64,000 bases of DNA from a bacterium. GTDB lineage: Bacteria; SAR324; XYD2-FULL-50-16. This document shows, piece after piece, positions 1 through 15,535 of this stretch. Position 1 is the first letter of the stretch; each line of letters opens with the position of its first letter. The notes under the pieces were generated by a model. That model was not told where the DNA came from. It saw only the letters and a program-made list of their open reading frames with translations, and ran no database searches. Both the position numbers and the translations under genes were made by a program. The stretch lies in assembly GCA_032250835.1 (NCBI GenBank), contig JAVVEA010000001.1, positions 416,001 to 480,000 on the forward strand. The letters are read 5' to 3'.

Positions 1-1287
1 CAATCCTTTAAGCCGTAACCGGCCCGAATGATCCATCTTCGAGAGCACCCCGGGCATCTCGGGCCGCTCCCCCTGGGCTTTCCACTGTGCCTCTAGGTCC
101 AAGGCCCCCTGGGCCGATGCACCCTCCCCCTTAAAATTCAAAAAGTCTAGAATCAAAGGCTCAGGCCCTCCCAGCGCCTTAAGCCCCTTCAAATCAAAGG
201 CCCAATCAAATTCAACGCCTTCTAATAATTTAAGTAAGGCCCCGAGGTTGCGCTGGTTATTCGGCAGGTCATGGTAGGCTGAAAATTGGGGGCTTTGGTA
301 ATGACTGCGGCTCGAAGCACTTAAGCGCGCCAGTTCCCAATGCCGCCCCAGCAAATCGGCGACAAATCCTTGAATCTCAAGACTAAAATCTACTAGATAC
401 CGCTTTGCGCTAAAAAAGCTACTTTCCTTGCCCTGTTTCAGGTCTAACTTGGCTTGTTTAAGCTCCAACAACTCACCGGAGCGCGGGTCTTGGTAGTGCA
501 AGCTATTGATCTGGTTGTGGCTATTGAGGCTACTGAGGAGTTCATCAGACAACCTAGCTTGGGCCTCTGCTCTGGCGTCTGAGTCGGCGGCCTGCAAGAG
601 ATCAAGGTAGGCTTGGTGGCTGAAGCTCAAGCGGTTTTCGCTGGTCCAGCCGGTCAGTTCCAGTTCGGGGCTCTGGATGGCCAGATGGAAATCCAGTTTG
701 CCCTGGCTCATTTGGTCTTGGGGTTTCAGCCCGAAGACTAGGCGGCTCAATTCAAACTGCACCGGCACACTGAGACCCCAGTCAACAAAGAACAGCAACC
801 GCTTTATTTTTAAGTCGCCCGCTAAAGGACCCGAGGGGCTTTGGCTGTATCCTTCTCCGGCTTCTGCGCGCCAATCACGCGAACCGAGACTCTTAAAGGA
901 AAAGCGGTATCCGCTCACCCCGTCGGCGCTCAAATCTTCGGGTCTGAAAGATAGTTCCAGGTCTTTGCCTTGAAACCCGTCGGGGTCCTTAGCGCTAAAG
1001 GCTTTAAAGATATGTAGAGTAACCCGTTCGGGCCGGTAGTCTAGCTTCGCGCCATCAATTTCCAACCGCTGGCCCAGTAATTCCAGTTGTCCTTGTAATA
1101 GGTGGATTCTTTGGGCTTGGGCGTCCACCTGGGTCGAGGTGGTGACGAGGCGGATAGGGCCAATATTGAGCGGCTTGGCTAGCAGCAATTGGAGCTGTTC
1201 AAAACTCAAGCTTGCGGCGAAGAGCGGGGCCGCACAGAAGCCAGCCACCAGGGCGAGACTGAGATTCCGTAAGATCCTAAACGTCAT
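1..1287 (-). CDS. Exported hypothetical protein, 3' end beyond the window edge
   Basis: Not in the ORF track. Hand translation from ATG at 1287 gives MTFRILRNLSLALVAGFCAAPLFA-ASLSFEQL... (signal-peptide-like), open for 429 codons to position 1. Confidence 0.75.
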   Translation of the reverse strand, partial: MTFRILRNLSLALVAGFCAAPLFAASLSFEQLQLLLAKPLNIGPIRLVTTSTQVDAQAQRIHLLQGQLELLGQRLEIDGAKLDYRPERVTLHIFKAFSAKDPDGFQGKDLELSFRPEDLSADGVSGYRFSFKSLGSRDWRAEAGEGYSQSPSGPLAGDLKIKRLLFFVDWGLSVPVQFELSRLVFGLKPQDQMSQGKLDFHLAIQSPELELTGWTSENRLSFSHQAYLDLLQAADSDARAEAQARLSDELLSSLNSHNQINSLHYQDPRSGELLELKQAKLDLKQGKESSFFSAKRYLVDFSLEIQGFVADLLGRHWELARLSASSRSHYQSPQFSAYHDLPNNQRNLGALLKLLEGVEFDWAFDLKGLKALGGPEPLILDFLNFKGEGASAQGALDLEAQWKAQGERPEMPGVLSKMDHSGRLRLKGL

Positions 1288-1358
1288 ACTTGGGGCTTGG
1301 AGCGGGTTGGCGATGAGCCAGGGTAACAACTTCGCTGGGCACCGCCAAGGGAAAGTAA

Positions 1359-2510
1359 CTACGTTGCCCTTTGGCCGGGCAAACGAAACTGATTGATTTC
1401 TCCGTTTAGCTCCTGGGCCAAGTCACGGATCTCTTCGGCCCAATCGGCCACCTCGGCGGTGATCCCACCAAGCCCCTCAATGGCCATGCTGTTTTCTTGA
1501 CTCATTTGCCCTAAACGGGCGGTGTCGTTGCGGACCTTTTGGATCTCCGTTGATTGGCGGGACATGGCTACAGAGATGCCGTGCACCTGCCCTGAAATGG
1601 CCGAAATAGCCTCTCGGGTGCGGCTGTAGCTAGTCCCGGTTTGGGTGATCATGTTCTCGCCCTCTTGTACCCGCTCGCCACTGGTCTCGATCAATTGCTG
1701 GGTCCGGCTGACGGCCTGAGAACTTTGGTCGGCTAATTTGCGCACCTCGTCGGCGACCACAGCAAAGCCACGCCCGGCTTCACCCGCCTTGGCCGCTTCA
1801 ATGGCCGCGTTGAGCGAAAGTAAGTTGGTGCGGCTGGCGATTTCGGTGATCGTTGAGACGACTTGGATCACCTCCCTCGAGCTGTTAGCAATTGCGGTCA
1901 TGCTGTCGTTGAGTTTTTCTAAAGACCGGGCCGCTTGGGCAGCTTCGGCTTCCACTTGATCAGCCTTACTTTGGGCTCCGTCGGTTACCTGGGCGACCTC
2001 ATCGGCTGCTTCGAGCATTCGAGCGATCGACTGGGCCGCCGTCTCCACCACCAAAGCCATCTCACGCGAGCGGGTTTCTAAAAGCCTCATCTCCTCTTTA
2101 AACTGCTCGCCCATTTTCTCTAAAGACCTGGAAGCCCAATCGAGCCCCGTGACGCTGCCTGCCAATTTCTCGACCATACTGGACCAGCGCTTACGCATGT
2201 CTTCTAAGGCCTGAATGAACCGCCCGACCCGGCAGTTGGAGACCGGCCCTTTTAGTTCAAAGGTCAAGTCACCGCTGGAAAGCACCTCGGCCATCTTGAT
2301 CCCTTCGCCCATGGTCTTGAGCAAAGTTTTTTGGACGATATATATATTGATCACCCCAATGAGTGAACCGGCCAGGATGCAGCCGATGTCAAAATACAGC
2401 TTAAGGCCCGGCTTCCAGTCCACAAAAAACTGGGCATAAAAAGGAAAAATAACCCCCATCAGGACTCCAAAGCCCAACATGGATAGGTATAAGCGGGTCA
2501 TGATACTCAT
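1359..2510 (-). CDS. Methyl-accepting chemotaxis protein (2 TM, almost no periplasmic domain, HAMP)
   Basis: [33 protein letters not shown] signalling tip. Start moved to ATG 2510 (GGAGA RBS) from the track's 2546. Confidence 0.93.
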   Translation of the reverse strand: MSIMTRLYLSMLGFGVLMGVIFPFYAQFFVDWKPGLKLYFDIGCILAGSLIGVINIYIVQKTLLKTMGEGIKMAEVLSSGDLTFELKGPVSNCRVGRFIQALEDMRKRWSSMVEKLAGSVTGLDWASRSLEKMGEQFKEEMRLLETRSREMALVVETAAQSIARMLEAADEVAQVTDGAQSKADQVEAEAAQAARSLEKLNDSMTAIANSSREVIQVVSTITEIASRTNLLSLNAAIEAAKAGEAGRGFAVVADEVRKLADQSSQAVSRTQQLIETSGERVQEGENMITQTGTSYSRTREAISAISGQVHGISVAMSRQSTEIQKVRNDTARLGQMSQENSMAIEGLGGITAEVADWAEEIRDLAQELNGEINQFRLPGQRAT

Positions 2511-2697
2511 GGTCTCTCCAACCGCCAAGGAAAGCGCCTTGGGCAAGGTGTACAGCGGTCCAAATCAAAATATCTCTATATTCAGAATCTTAAAGGCACT
2601 CGTTTTTAGCTGACTGCTCAACGGTTGTCAATGACTTCAAAAAACCAGACCTTTGGTTCAGCGGGCCAAACAAACTGTATCGATCGAGGATGAGGCC

Positions 2698-2726
2698 TTG
2701 AACTGCCCGTTCGACCCATATAAGAT
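2698..2726 (+). promoter_or_regulatory. sigma70-like promoter of the dsrEFH-like operon
   Basis: TTGAAC-17 nt-TAAGAT, 32 nt upstream of ATG 2759. Confidence 0.5.
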
Positions 2727-2758
2727 AGTAGGCAAAACTCCTTAAGGGAAATAAAAAG

Positions 2759-3028
2759 ATGGCAAAAAAAATCGCCTTGATCACACGCCACCGACAGGCC
2801 GAGGCCATGAGGATGGCCTTGGGACTCACCCTGCTCGAAGACGAAGCGGAAGTGTTTATTTTGCAGGATCTTCTAGATGACGACGCCACGGCCAACCAAC
2901 TGCGCCAATGCCAGTCGGTGGACCTTCCGGTCTACTGCACCGCCCAGGGCCCCGCAGGCCTTCCTTACCTCGACCTAGCCGAGGCGGCCCAGCGCTGGAC
3001 CCAGTTTGACCGTTTGGTGACCCTTTAA
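2759..3028 (+). CDS. DsrF/TusC-like small sulfur-relay subunit
   Basis: KKIALI...EAMRMALGL...VFIL pattern of the DsrE/F fold; first of three small linked genes. Confidence 0.6.
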   Translation: MAKKIALITRHRQAEAMRMALGLTLLEDEAEVFILQDLLDDDATANQLRQCQSVDLPVYCTAQGPAGLPYLDLAEAAQRWTQFDRLVTL

Positions 3029-3043
3029 CCTCCTCAGATAGCT

Positions 3044-3229
3044 ATGAAAATTCTATTGATTCAAAAGACTGACGCCCTGGAACCGGCTTTACAGACGCTG
3101 CTCGAAGCCCATCAGGCGGCGGGTCACCAACTCACCCAAATACCCCTGCCCCCTGCGGACGGGGACTTCGGCCCCCTTTTAGAGGCCATCGAGGAAGCCG
3201 ACCAATTACTGACCTGGGAGCTAACATGA
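3044..3229 (+). CDS. DsrH/TusB-like small protein
   Basis: 61 aa. MKILLI N-terminus and LLEAIEEADQLLTW C-terminus resemble DsrH/TusB. ATGA overlap with the next gene. Confidence 0.5.
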   Translation: MKILLIQKTDALEPALQTLLEAHQAAGHQLTQIPLPPADGDFGPLLEAIEEADQLLTWELT

Positions 3230-3525
3230 AGCTAGGTATCTTAGCGGTGAACAACGGATACGCCGACCAACTGGTGGCACTCGCAAGTGCTGCCATGGAG
3301 CGAGGCTGGGGCGTTAAAATCTTCTTAAACGACCAAGGCATTCATTTGGCGGTAGACCCGCGCTTAGAAGAGTTGGCCCTAAAGGGGGCGGGTATCTCCT
3401 ACTGCGAAACCAGCGCTAGGGCCTTCGGTTACGATCCCTTGAAAATCCCGCGCAAGCTCAAACGAGGCACCCAACTGCAACATGCCATGTTGCAGCAAAT
3501 GAGCGATAAAGTGGTGGTCTTATGA
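3226..3525 (+). CDS. DsrE/TusD-family protein
   Basis: LASAAMERGWGVKIFLNDQGI...ISYCETSA with a Cys at the DsrE active-site position; ends DKVVVL. Confidence 0.8.
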   Translation: MKLGILAVNNGYADQLVALASAAMERGWGVKIFLNDQGIHLAVDPRLEELALKGAGISYCETSARAFGYDPLKIPRKLKRGTQLQHAMLQQMSDKVVVL

Positions 3526-3581
3526 TCTGTTTAGTCTAGCTTATCAAGCCGCAAAAAAAAATTTACCAGTATAGTTTGGGA

Positions 3582-3597
3582 ACTTTACTTGTAAAGT
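3582..3597. promoter_or_regulatory. Perfect 7-2-7 inverted repeat, candidate operator upstream of the Cache MCP
   Basis: ACTTTAC-TT-GTAAAGT in the intergenic region. Confidence 0.35.
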
Positions 3598-3703
3598 CTA
3601 GGTAGGAATTGATACAATTGATTAACGACTCAATATAAATTTTCCCTGCTTGGCCTCGAACCAGTCAAGTAGAACGGCAGCAAACACCAAAAGCGAGGTG
3701 GGT

Positions 3704-5794
3704 ATGGAAGGGCAAATGACCTTCAATAAAAAGGTTAACCTGGGGGTGGTGCTGATCGCTTTGATCAGTTTAATCCCTATTGTTATCTTGGCCTTTCTTT
3801 CGATCAACGCTGCTGAAAAAGCGCTGGAACATCAGGTCCAAAACCAACTGGTTTCGGTCCAAAAGATCAAGTCCGAGATCCTTCGGGACTACTTTATAGG
3901 CGTAAAAACCCAGACCAAAATCCTGGCTGCATCCTTGCACCCTTACGAGGGAAAATATGAAGAGGCACACAAGTACCTTGAAGGCTACGAAAAGGATAAT
4001 GGTTATTATGACCTCTTCTTGATCCGACCCGACGGATATATCTTTTACTCTGTCGCCAAAGAAGCAGACTACCAAACCAACTTACAGACCGGTAAATACC
4101 GCGACAGTAACCTAGGAAAGCTGTTCCGCAAGGTATTGCAGACCAAAGAGTTTGCTTTCGTTGACTTCGAGCCCTACGCCCCTAGCAATGGCGACCCTGC
4201 TGCCTTTGTGGCCTATCCGATCCTCGATAAGGACCAAATCGTTACGGTCGTCGCCCTTCAGCTCCCGCTCGACGAAATCAACCAGACCATGCACCTCAAA
4301 GAGGGCATGGGCGACACCGGTAAGACCTATCTGGTGGGGCCCGATAAGCTCATGCGCTCCGACTTAAGAGAAGACCCTGAGAAACATTCGGTTTTAGCCT
4401 CCTTTAAAAACCCCGAAACGGGGAAGATGGACACCCCAGCGACCCAGGCAGCCCTAGCGGGCAAAAGTGGTGTATTGCCCTTATCGATGGATTTTAACGG
4501 CGACCCTGTGGTTGCGGTCTACGGCTCCGTTGACGTTTTCGGTATGACTTGGGCTTTAGTTGCTGAAATGGACATGGAAGAGGTGGACCGGCCGGTGGTA
4601 GCCCTCACCAAACAGGTGGCGGTCATTGCCGGGGTCGTCTTGGTGGTGGTCATTTTGGTGGTGCTGCTGATTGTTTACGCCGCCCGTGGGGAGGTTCGTT
4701 TCTTAGGCCAGATTGTGGGCAACCTCCGGGGGGCCTCGGACCAAGTGGCCGCGGCTTCGGACCAGATTTCTTCTGGAGCCCAGCAACTCTCCCAAGGCGC
4801 CACCGAACAGGCAGCGAGCTTAGAAGAACTCTCGGCCAGTACCGAAGAGATCTCCAGCCAAGCCCAAGGCAACGCAGCTGGCGCAGAACGGGCCTCCAAT
4901 GCGGTGGGTGAAACCGGCGGGATTGTCTCACAAACAGCCGACAACGCGACCGCTGCCGCAGGCCTGGCCAAAGCCGCCCGAGATGCCGCCGAAAAGGGTG
5001 CCCAGGCGATGGAGAAGATTTCGGTGAGCATGAAAGAGATCACCGATACCAGCACCAAAGTCGCCGATATCATTGAGGTGATCAACGAAATCACCCACCA
5101 GACCAAGATGCTGGCTACCAACGCCGCCATTGAGGCCGCCCGTGCGGGCGAACAGGGCAAGGGCTTTGCGGTGGTCGCCGATGAGGTCAGTAAGCTGGCC
5201 GAATCCAGCAAGTCTTCAGCTAAGGAGATTGGGGCGCTGATCAAAGAATCCAATACCAAGGCCAAGCAAGGCTCCCAGTATGTAGTGGATGGTGAAGCGG
5301 TCTTAAAAGAAATCTTAGAAAAGGCCCGAGAGGTGGCCAGCTTGGTAGACGAAATCTCTGGCTTTGCCGTTAGTTCGAAGCGCAAGGTAGAGGAAGTGAC
5401 CCTTTTGGTGGATGACATCAAAACCGCCTCAAACGAGCAAGCCAGAGGTATCGAACAGGTTTCCGACTCGATCACCCAGATGGACGAAGTCACCCAAAAC
5501 ACCGCCGCCAATGCCGAAGAGTCGGCCAGCGCCGCCGAGCAGCTAAACAGTCAGGCCGAATCGCTCAAGGCCCTGGTCGCTGAGATGGCCCAGCATTTTG
5601 GCGTCAAATCTGAGCGCTCGGTCCAAAGCCGGGTGAACCCGCCGGCTGTGCACCGTCTTACTAAATCAGAACCGGAGCCTAAGTCTTCGCGCACCAACCA
5701 CCCGGTCCAAAAGGCTTTGCCTAGTTCGGGTGCCTCAAAGGTTATCAAACCTTCTCAATCGATCCCTATGCGAGATGACTTCGACGAATTTTAG
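3704..5794 (+). CDS. Methyl-accepting chemotaxis protein with periplasmic dCache domain and C-terminal pentapeptide
   Basis: [13 protein letters not shown]...[12 protein letters not shown] (Cache)-TM-MCP tip ([23 protein letters not shown]); ends DFDEF. Start is probably ATG 3704 (GAGGT RBS) or 3716 rather than 3650. Confidence 0.93.
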   Translation: MEGQMTFNKKVNLGVVLIALISLIPIVILAFLSINAAEKALEHQVQNQLVSVQKIKSEILRDYFIGVKTQTKILAASLHPYEGKYEEAHKYLEGYEKDNGYYDLFLIRPDGYIFYSVAKEADYQTNLQTGKYRDSNLGKLFRKVLQTKEFAFVDFEPYAPSNGDPAAFVAYPILDKDQIVTVVALQLPLDEINQTMHLKEGMGDTGKTYLVGPDKLMRSDLREDPEKHSVLASFKNPETGKMDTPATQAALAGKSGVLPLSMDFNGDPVVAVYGSVDVFGMTWALVAEMDMEEVDRPVVALTKQVAVIAGVVLVVVILVVLLIVYAARGEVRFLGQIVGNLRGASDQVAAASDQISSGAQQLSQGATEQAASLEELSASTEEISSQAQGNAAGAERASNAVGETGGIVSQTADNATAAAGLAKAARDAAEKGAQAMEKISVSMKEITDTSTKVADIIEVINEITHQTKMLATNAAIEAARAGEQGKGFAVVADEVSKLAESSKSSAKEIGALIKESNTKAKQGSQYVVDGEAVLKEILEKAREVASLVDEISGFAVSSKRKVEEVTLLVDDIKTASNEQARGIEQVSDSITQMDEVTQNTAANAEESASAAEQLNSQAESLKALVAEMAQHFGVKSERSVQSRVNPPAVHRLTKSEPEPKSSRTNHPVQKALPSSGASKVIKPSQSIPMRDDFDEF

Positions 5795-5897
5795 CCCCAA
5801 AGGCGGATAGGCTCAAAAAGTAAAAGGGATGGATTTTTGTGGGGGCCCTGTTTATGCTTTAGGTACACCAACCTATCGAACCTGACGCTAGGCCCCC

Positions 5898-8435
5898 ATG
5901 AAGTCTACCGGAACCGACCTTCCCGCGCAGTTTATCGCTTTACTCGAGGGCCTTTCTAAGGGCGGCGAACTACCCCCTAGCAAAGGCCATCCGCTGGCCG
6001 AGGTGATCCAAGCCCTTTCGCGCTGGGCCCCGAGCGAACAAAAATACAAACACATCTTCGAAAATATCCAGGATATTTACCTTGAGGTGGATTTCGCTGG
6101 CCAAATCTTAGAAATCAGCCCTTCGGTCAACACCTACCTCGGGTTTACCCCCGCCGCACTGATCGGAACCCCGGTGGAGTCCCTCTTTGCCGATGATCAA
6201 GAGCGTGACCGGCTCACCGAATGGATCAAGCGCAACGAGCGGATTTCTGATTACGAGATTGAGTTGCGCGACCGCACCGGGCGCGCCTGCCTCTATTCCA
6301 TGAGCGCTAGCTTGCTGCGGGACTCCAAAGGCGAACCGATCGGTATCGGCGGCCTGCTCCGCTGCGCCGAAGCGCGCCGGGAGTATGAGGAACTGCAACG
6401 CCAAAAAGTAATCGCCGAGGCTTCGAGTGCCGCAAAAACGGAGTTCTTGGCCAACATGAGCCACGAAATCCGCACGCCCCTAAACGCCATCATCGGGATG
6501 ACCGAGTTGGGACTCGAAACGCGTCTGACCGAAGAACAGGTGGAGGTCTTTGAGACCATCAGCCAAGAGGCGACCAACCTGATGGACATTGTAGACGGTA
6601 TTTTGGACCTCTCGAAGGTAGAGGCTGGAAAATACGAATTAGACCCCATCCCCTTCGAAATGCGCTTGGTGATTGAGGAACTGGGCAAAGCCTATGGACG
6701 CCGGGCCCAAAAGAAGGGCTTAGAGTTCATTTCATACCTTTCGCCCGACCTCCCGTCGCGCCTGATCGGCGACCCTGTCAAACTACGCCAAATCTTAAAC
6801 AACCTGATCGGAAACGCCTTTAAATTCACCCACGAAGGGGAGATTCTGGTCCATGGGAAATTGGTCGAAGACCGAGGCGACTGGGTCAAGGTCCGCTTCG
6901 AAGTGCGCGACACCGGGATCGGCATCGCCCCGGACAAGCTAGAACAAATCTGGCTAAGCTTTACCCAAGCCGACAGCAGCATGACCCGCAAGTACGGCGG
7001 GACCGGTCTGGGCACTACCATTGCGCGCGAATTTGTGCAGATGATGGATGGAGAAATCGGGGCAGACAGCGAATTAGGCAAAGGCAGCCGTTTTTGGTTT
7101 GAGGTCATCTTAAAGAAGCAGCCCAAAGAAGAACGGCTCGAAGAAAAGCCCCAAGTGGAGTTAAAGGGGCTGCGGGCCCTAGTCGTTGACGACCGAGACG
7201 CTAACCGGCATGTGGTGATGGGGTATCTGCGCTTTTGGGGCGTTGAGGTGGTAGGCGCGGCGAGCGGCGAAGAAGCTTTGGGATACCTAGGTAAGCTCGA
7301 TAACGCCCAAGCAAACCCCGACTTGATGGTGGTCGACATCCAGATGCCGGGCATGGATGGCTTTGCGCTCGCGCGCCGGATCAGGGCTATGCCGACCTAT
7401 AGCCAAACGCCCCTGTTGGTCACCACCACAGCGGGCATGAAAGGCGACGCCCGCAAATGCCTAGAAATCGGCATTGATGGCTACCTCTCCAAACCGATCC
7501 GCAAAGACGACTTATACGAAGCGCTTTGTTCGATTCTTGGGTTCCAGCCCAGAGCGGCCAAAAACTCCGCCCACTTGGTCACCCGGCACACCCTAGCCGA
7601 GGCCCGCCGAAAGGAGGTCCAAGTTTTGTTGGTCGAAGACTATCTGACCAACCAGAAGATCGCCCTAAAATTCCTCGACAGCGCCCAATACCAAGTCACC
7701 TTGGCCGAGAACGGGGCGGCCGCCGTAGAGGCTTTTAAGCAGCGCCCCTTTAGCGTGATCTTGATGGATGTCCAAATGCCCATTATGGACGGCTTTACCG
7801 CGACCCAAAAGATCCGCGAAATAGAAGCCAAGCTTTCTGAAGAAACCACCGAAACACCCAGGGTGCCTATCGTCGCCATGACCGCACATGCCATGAAAGG
7901 CTACCGGGAAGAATGCCTGGCAGCCGGTATGGATGACTATATCAGCAAGCCGCTGCAACGCCGCGACTTCTTGGCAATTGTAGAGAAATGGGCCAGCGGC
8001 GGTGGGGCCACCAGCAGCCCTGAAGAGCCCGGACCTGAAAGGGAACCGGCCGCTGATTCCACCGAGCAACCGATGGACATTGAAAAGGCCCTGTCGGAAT
8101 TTGAAGGCGACCTTCCGCTCCTCAAAGAGGTCATTGAAGGCTTTTTAGAGATCGCCGCCCACCAGATTGTCCTGTTAGACAAGGCCTTTGGCCAATCGGA
8201 CTTAACAACGCTGGCTTCGGAGGTTCATTCCATTAAAGGCGGTGCGTTGAACCTCACAGCCATAAATTTAGGGCAAGCAGCGGCGGCGCTTGAAAATCTG
8301 GCCCGTTCGGGTACACTTAAAGGTATAGAGGAGGCGCTAGGGTTGGTACGTCGCGAGTATGCCAACCTAAGTTCATTCGCCACGGCCCGTTTGGGCGAAA
8401 TTGGGGGGACCCAACATAGGGGTAAAGATACATGA
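5898..8435 (+). CDS. Cytoplasmic hybrid histidine kinase PAS-HisKA-HATPase-REC-REC-Hpt
   Basis: [28 protein letters not shown], two receivers (VDIQMP, MDVQMP), Hpt motif VHSIKGGA. Confidence 0.95.
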   Translation: MKSTGTDLPAQFIALLEGLSKGGELPPSKGHPLAEVIQALSRWAPSEQKYKHIFENIQDIYLEVDFAGQILEISPSVNTYLGFTPAALIGTPVESLFADDQERDRLTEWIKRNERISDYEIELRDRTGRACLYSMSASLLRDSKGEPIGIGGLLRCAEARREYEELQRQKVIAEASSAAKTEFLANMSHEIRTPLNAIIGMTELGLETRLTEEQVEVFETISQEATNLMDIVDGILDLSKVEAGKYELDPIPFEMRLVIEELGKAYGRRAQKKGLEFISYLSPDLPSRLIGDPVKLRQILNNLIGNAFKFTHEGEILVHGKLVEDRGDWVKVRFEVRDTGIGIAPDKLEQIWLSFTQADSSMTRKYGGTGLGTTIAREFVQMMDGEIGADSELGKGSRFWFEVILKKQPKEERLEEKPQVELKGLRALVVDDRDANRHVVMGYLRFWGVEVVGAASGEEALGYLGKLDNAQANPDLMVVDIQMPGMDGFALARRIRAMPTYSQTPLLVTTTAGMKGDARKCLEIGIDGYLSKPIRKDDLYEALCSILGFQPRAAKNSAHLVTRHTLAEARRKEVQVLLVEDYLTNQKIALKFLDSAQYQVTLAENGAAAVEAFKQRPFSVILMDVQMPIMDGFTATQKIREIEAKLSEETTETPRVPIVAMTAHAMKGYREECLAAGMDDYISKPLQRRDFLAIVEKWASGGGATSSPEEPGPEREPAADSTEQPMDIEKALSEFEGDLPLLKEVIEGFLEIAAHQIVLLDKAFGQSDLTTLASEVHSIKGGALNLTAINLGQAAAALENLARSGTLKGIEEALGLVRREYANLSSFATARLGEIGGTQHRGKDT

Positions 8436-8905
8436 TCCGGATCCTGGTGGTTGATGACGAATTGGTCAGCCGCAAAAAGATGGCTAAAATATTAAATGCC
8501 CTGGGTAAGGTCAAAGAAGCCGAAACGGGCAATGGCGCGATCAAAGCCTTTTCTGACGCCATCGACGCCGGGGAACCCTTTGATCTAGTCAGTCTCGACG
8601 TTGGCTTACCGGACCTTAACGGTACGGACCTGTTGGTTGAGCTACGTGACCTTGAAGCTAAGGTGGTTACGCCGGGCTACAAGCCCGTCAAGATCTTGAT
8701 GGTGACCGCCCACTCGGACCGCGACACCGTGCTCACCAGCATCCAAGCCGGTTGTGATGAATATGTAGTTAAGCCCTTCACCTCCGATCTGGTGATGCGC
8801 AAGTTGCGTCAGATCGGCTTTTTAAGTAAAGAGGGGGACCGGTCCAAGGGCTCTAAACCCAACGTAAATCCTCTATTAGATCCCAAAAACAACCCCTGGT
8901 CTTAG
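8432..8905 (+). CDS. Single-domain response regulator
   Basis: ILVVDD...SLDVGLP...VTA...VKPF; ATGA-coupled to the kinase. Confidence 0.92.
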   Translation: MIRILVVDDELVSRKKMAKILNALGKVKEAETGNGAIKAFSDAIDAGEPFDLVSLDVGLPDLNGTDLLVELRDLEAKVVTPGYKPVKILMVTAHSDRDTVLTSIQAGCDEYVVKPFTSDLVMRKLRQIGFLSKEGDRSKGSKPNVNPLLDPKNNPWS

Positions 8906-8907
8906 CC

Positions 8908-9948
8908 TTAAAGTTCCAGCTCCAATCGACCAGCGCGCAGATTCAGCCCCCGCGCCAGTCCAGCGTCCACCTTACCATCCGCCATTTGGATCAAATAGGG
9001 CAAAACCGCCTCGCTCAGCGCGGTAGACGCAGTGCGCGGCACCGCAGCCGGAAGGTTGGTGATCGCCGAGTGCAACACCCCCAACTCTCGGTAAAAGGGT
9101 TCTTTGTGGGTACAGGGGCGAGAGGTGGCAAAACAGCCTCCTTGATCGATAGCAATATCCACCGCCACCGAACCTTCGGGCATCAGCGCCATTTGCTGTT
9201 CGGTCACCACAATCGGGGCGCGCTTACCGGGCAGATAGACCGCCCCGACCAACAGGTCCGCCTTTGGCAACAAGCGCTCTAACAATCCTGGTTGACTGAC
9301 TTCGCAGTGCAGACCCGCTGCCGCCTGATGAGCACGGGCCATCGCTTCGGCAGCCAAATCAATCAGCCAAACTTCGGCGCCCATCTGCCGCGCTAAAACC
9401 GCCGCTTCGGTGCCGGCCACTCCCGCGCCCAAGACCACCACCTTCCCGCTAGAATGGTCCAAGGTACCGCCGAGCAGCGTCCCCCGGCCCCCTTGGGAGC
9501 TATGCAAGAACCTTGCGCCCAACTGCACCGACAACCTCCCGGCCAAAGCCGACATCGGGGCCAAAAGGGGCGTTTTGCGGTCCACCCCCACAGTCTCAAA
9601 GGCATAGCCAGTCAACCCGATCTGGAGCAGCGACTCGGTCAATTTGGGGTTCCCGCCCAAATGCAGGTAACAGAACAAAATATGGTCCCGTCGCAGGAGC
9701 GGTAACTCTTCAGGTTGGGGTTCCTTAACCTTCACCACCAACTCCGCTTTCCCATACAACTCAGCGGCATCGAGAAGGATTTTCACCCCTAAGGAGGCAT
9801 AGTCCTGGTCCTCAAAACCGGCCCCTTGGCCAGCGCCTTGCTCCATCACCACTTGGTGCCCCGCAGCCAGCACCTGCGCGCAGGCAGTCGGGGTCAGGGC
9901 GATGCGGCGTTCGGCGGGTTTTACTTCTTTGGGGATGCCGATGATCAT
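8908..9948 (-). CDS. ald: Alanine dehydrogenase
   Basis: MIIGIPKEVK, VKVKEP, YLHL, PLLAPMS, GAGVAG, DIAIDQGG, NLPAAVPRTAS motifs. Confidence 0.93.
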   Translation of the reverse strand: MIIGIPKEVKPAERRIALTPTACAQVLAAGHQVVMEQGAGQGAGFEDQDYASLGVKILLDAAELYGKAELVVKVKEPQPEELPLLRRDHILFCYLHLGGNPKLTESLLQIGLTGYAFETVGVDRKTPLLAPMSALAGRLSVQLGARFLHSSQGGRGTLLGGTLDHSSGKVVVLGAGVAGTEAAVLARQMGAEVWLIDLAAEAMARAHQAAAGLHCEVSQPGLLERLLPKADLLVGAVYLPGKRAPIVVTEQQMALMPEGSVAVDIAIDQGGCFATSRPCTHKEPFYRELGVLHSAITNLPAAVPRTASTALSEAVLPYLIQMADGKVDAGLARGLNLRAGRLELEL

Positions 9949-10143
9949 GAAGGTCTCCTAAAAAACAAGGGTTATGTCTAAGAGGGTAGCCGCTAACCTC
10001 CTGACTGCCAAGCAGAATTAACTCAATTCAAAAAACGTAATGTAGCTACCAAAAAGTTCAATTCAGTCCGGTGAGGCTCGCCTTACGCTCAATATGATGT
10101 TAGGCTAAAAAATCCTACTTTTCTAAACAAGATAAGGAAACTT

Positions 10144-11710
10144 ATGCTCAAATCACTAAAAATACGTGCCCGGCTGATCGGTGTCTTCGGGCTGTTGATT
10201 CTATTCATATTGTTAATTGGGGGTATCAATTTATATAACATGAATCATTTGGCGGATTTGACCAACAAAATGTACAAACACCCCTTTGCGGTGAGTAATG
10301 CGGTTTTGAGTATTGAAGTGAATATCCTCTCCATGCACCGGGGAATGAAGGACGTAACCTTAGCCAAGAATCCAGAGGTAGCTAAACAGGCCGCAGCAAC
10401 GGTGGCGGAGGATGAAAAAAAGGTATTGGCGCAATTTGAGATCGTTTACGACCGGTTTTTGGGTGACAAAAAGATGGTCGATGACGCCCACCAAGCCTTT
10501 CTCAACTGGCGTCCGCTCCGTCAGGAGATAATCAAATTGATGGCCCAAGGCAAACGCGAAGAAGCCGTGGCTTTAGAGCATGAAAAAGAAACGGTAATGG
10601 TCGGAGAACTCTACGAAAAGGTAGAAACGCTCAATCAATTTGCCCAAACGAAAGGCGTGGGCTTTTTTAAAATGGCGGTGGAGACGCGGGATCTGGTTTT
10701 TGCGGAGACCCTGGGCCTATTGGTGGTGGTCGTGGGGTTAGCCTTAGTCTTGGCCTTTGTGGTGAGTCGCTCGATCACCGTGCCTTTGGTCCACCTCAAT
10801 GCCGTGATCACGCGCATCGAAGAGCAAGGCGATTTCACGCTACGCGCAGATATAGCAGGCAAGGACGAAGTAGCCCAAAGCGGCCAAGCGCTAGATAAAT
10901 TGCTCGCTACGCTGCAACCGGCGATGCGCAATATCTTAAGCGAAGCTGAAACCCTTTCGGCCGCCGCCGCCCAACTTTCGGCCTCGACCACCGAACTGAG
11001 CCGCACGGCTGATGAAGTCAACGGGGGTATTGAAGGCCAAGCCGCCGCCATCACGCAAGCGAACCAAAACATCATCGAGCTAACCCAGTCGATCCAAGAC
11101 GTCAGTGCCGGAGCGCGCCAAGTGCACCAAGCGGCTGGAGAGGCTGATAAAGCTGCCAGCAACGGCGTATCGGCGATGCAAAACACCAAGGCGGCAATCA
11201 CCAAGATTTCCGAGTCTTCGGGCAAAATTGTGGGGATCATCAATGTGATCACCGAAATCGCCAACCAAACCAACCTACTTAGCCTCAACGCCGCCATCGA
11301 AGCGGCCAAGGCCGGAGAGTCGGGCAAGGGTTTTGCGGTCGTCGCCGACGAGGTACGGGTCTTGGCGGACCGCTCGAATACCCAGGTGGAACAGATCCGA
11401 AACCTGATCGAAATCAGTAGCCAGAACGTGACCGAAGGGACCCAAGTGGTCGAGACCACCGCCGAATATTTAACCCAAATCACCACCCAAGTTCAACAAA
11501 TCGGCCAACAGATCGCTAGTATAGCCGACGAACTAACGGCGCAGGAACAACGGGCCGACGAAGTTTCCAAGGCCACAGAAGAGATCAACGAGATCAGCGA
11601 AACCAACGCCAGCGCCATGAATCAAGTCAGCGTAGCGGTGACAGAAATCGAAAAAACCAGCGAAGAACTCAGCGGCATGGCCGAGAAGCTCAAAGACCTA
11701 GTCCAAGTCT

Positions 11711-11721
<11 letters not shown>
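10144..11721 (+). CDS. Methyl-accepting chemotaxis protein with four-helix-bundle sensor
   Basis: TM-helical periplasmic [42 protein letters not shown]. Confidence 0.94.
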
Positions 11722-15394
<3,673 letters not shown>

Positions 15395-15464
15395 AGGGAG
15401 CCTAGTTGGGGTTTCCCCTTTGTAACAAATCGACCTCAAGGCGGAAAGTACCAGCTTAAAAAAC

Positions 15465-15508
15465 AAAAAACCCGTCTCTTCCGTGCAGGCAGAAGAAACG
15501 GGTTTTTT
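15465..15508. terminator. Intrinsic terminator (potentially bidirectional) downstream of the FmdB gene
   Basis: AAAAAACCCGTCTCTTC-loop-GAAGAAACGGGTTTTTT. Confidence 0.8.
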
Positions 15509-15516
15509 GGGTTCCG

Positions 15517-15535
15517 AAAGACCAACCTGGTCCTT
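15517..15535 (-). promoter_or_regulatory. Bacterial SECIS-like hairpin
   Basis: Minus-strand RNA AAGGACCA-GGU-UGGUCUUU; the G-led apical loop starts 22 nt after the UGA at 15552-15550. Confidence 0.7.

Noticed and set aside
4675-5511. Long antisense ORFs over MCP and kinase genes (also 10635-11486, 23850-24503, 28837-29652)
   Set aside because: Shadow frames of well-supported genes; Ser/Ala-rich with no motifs.
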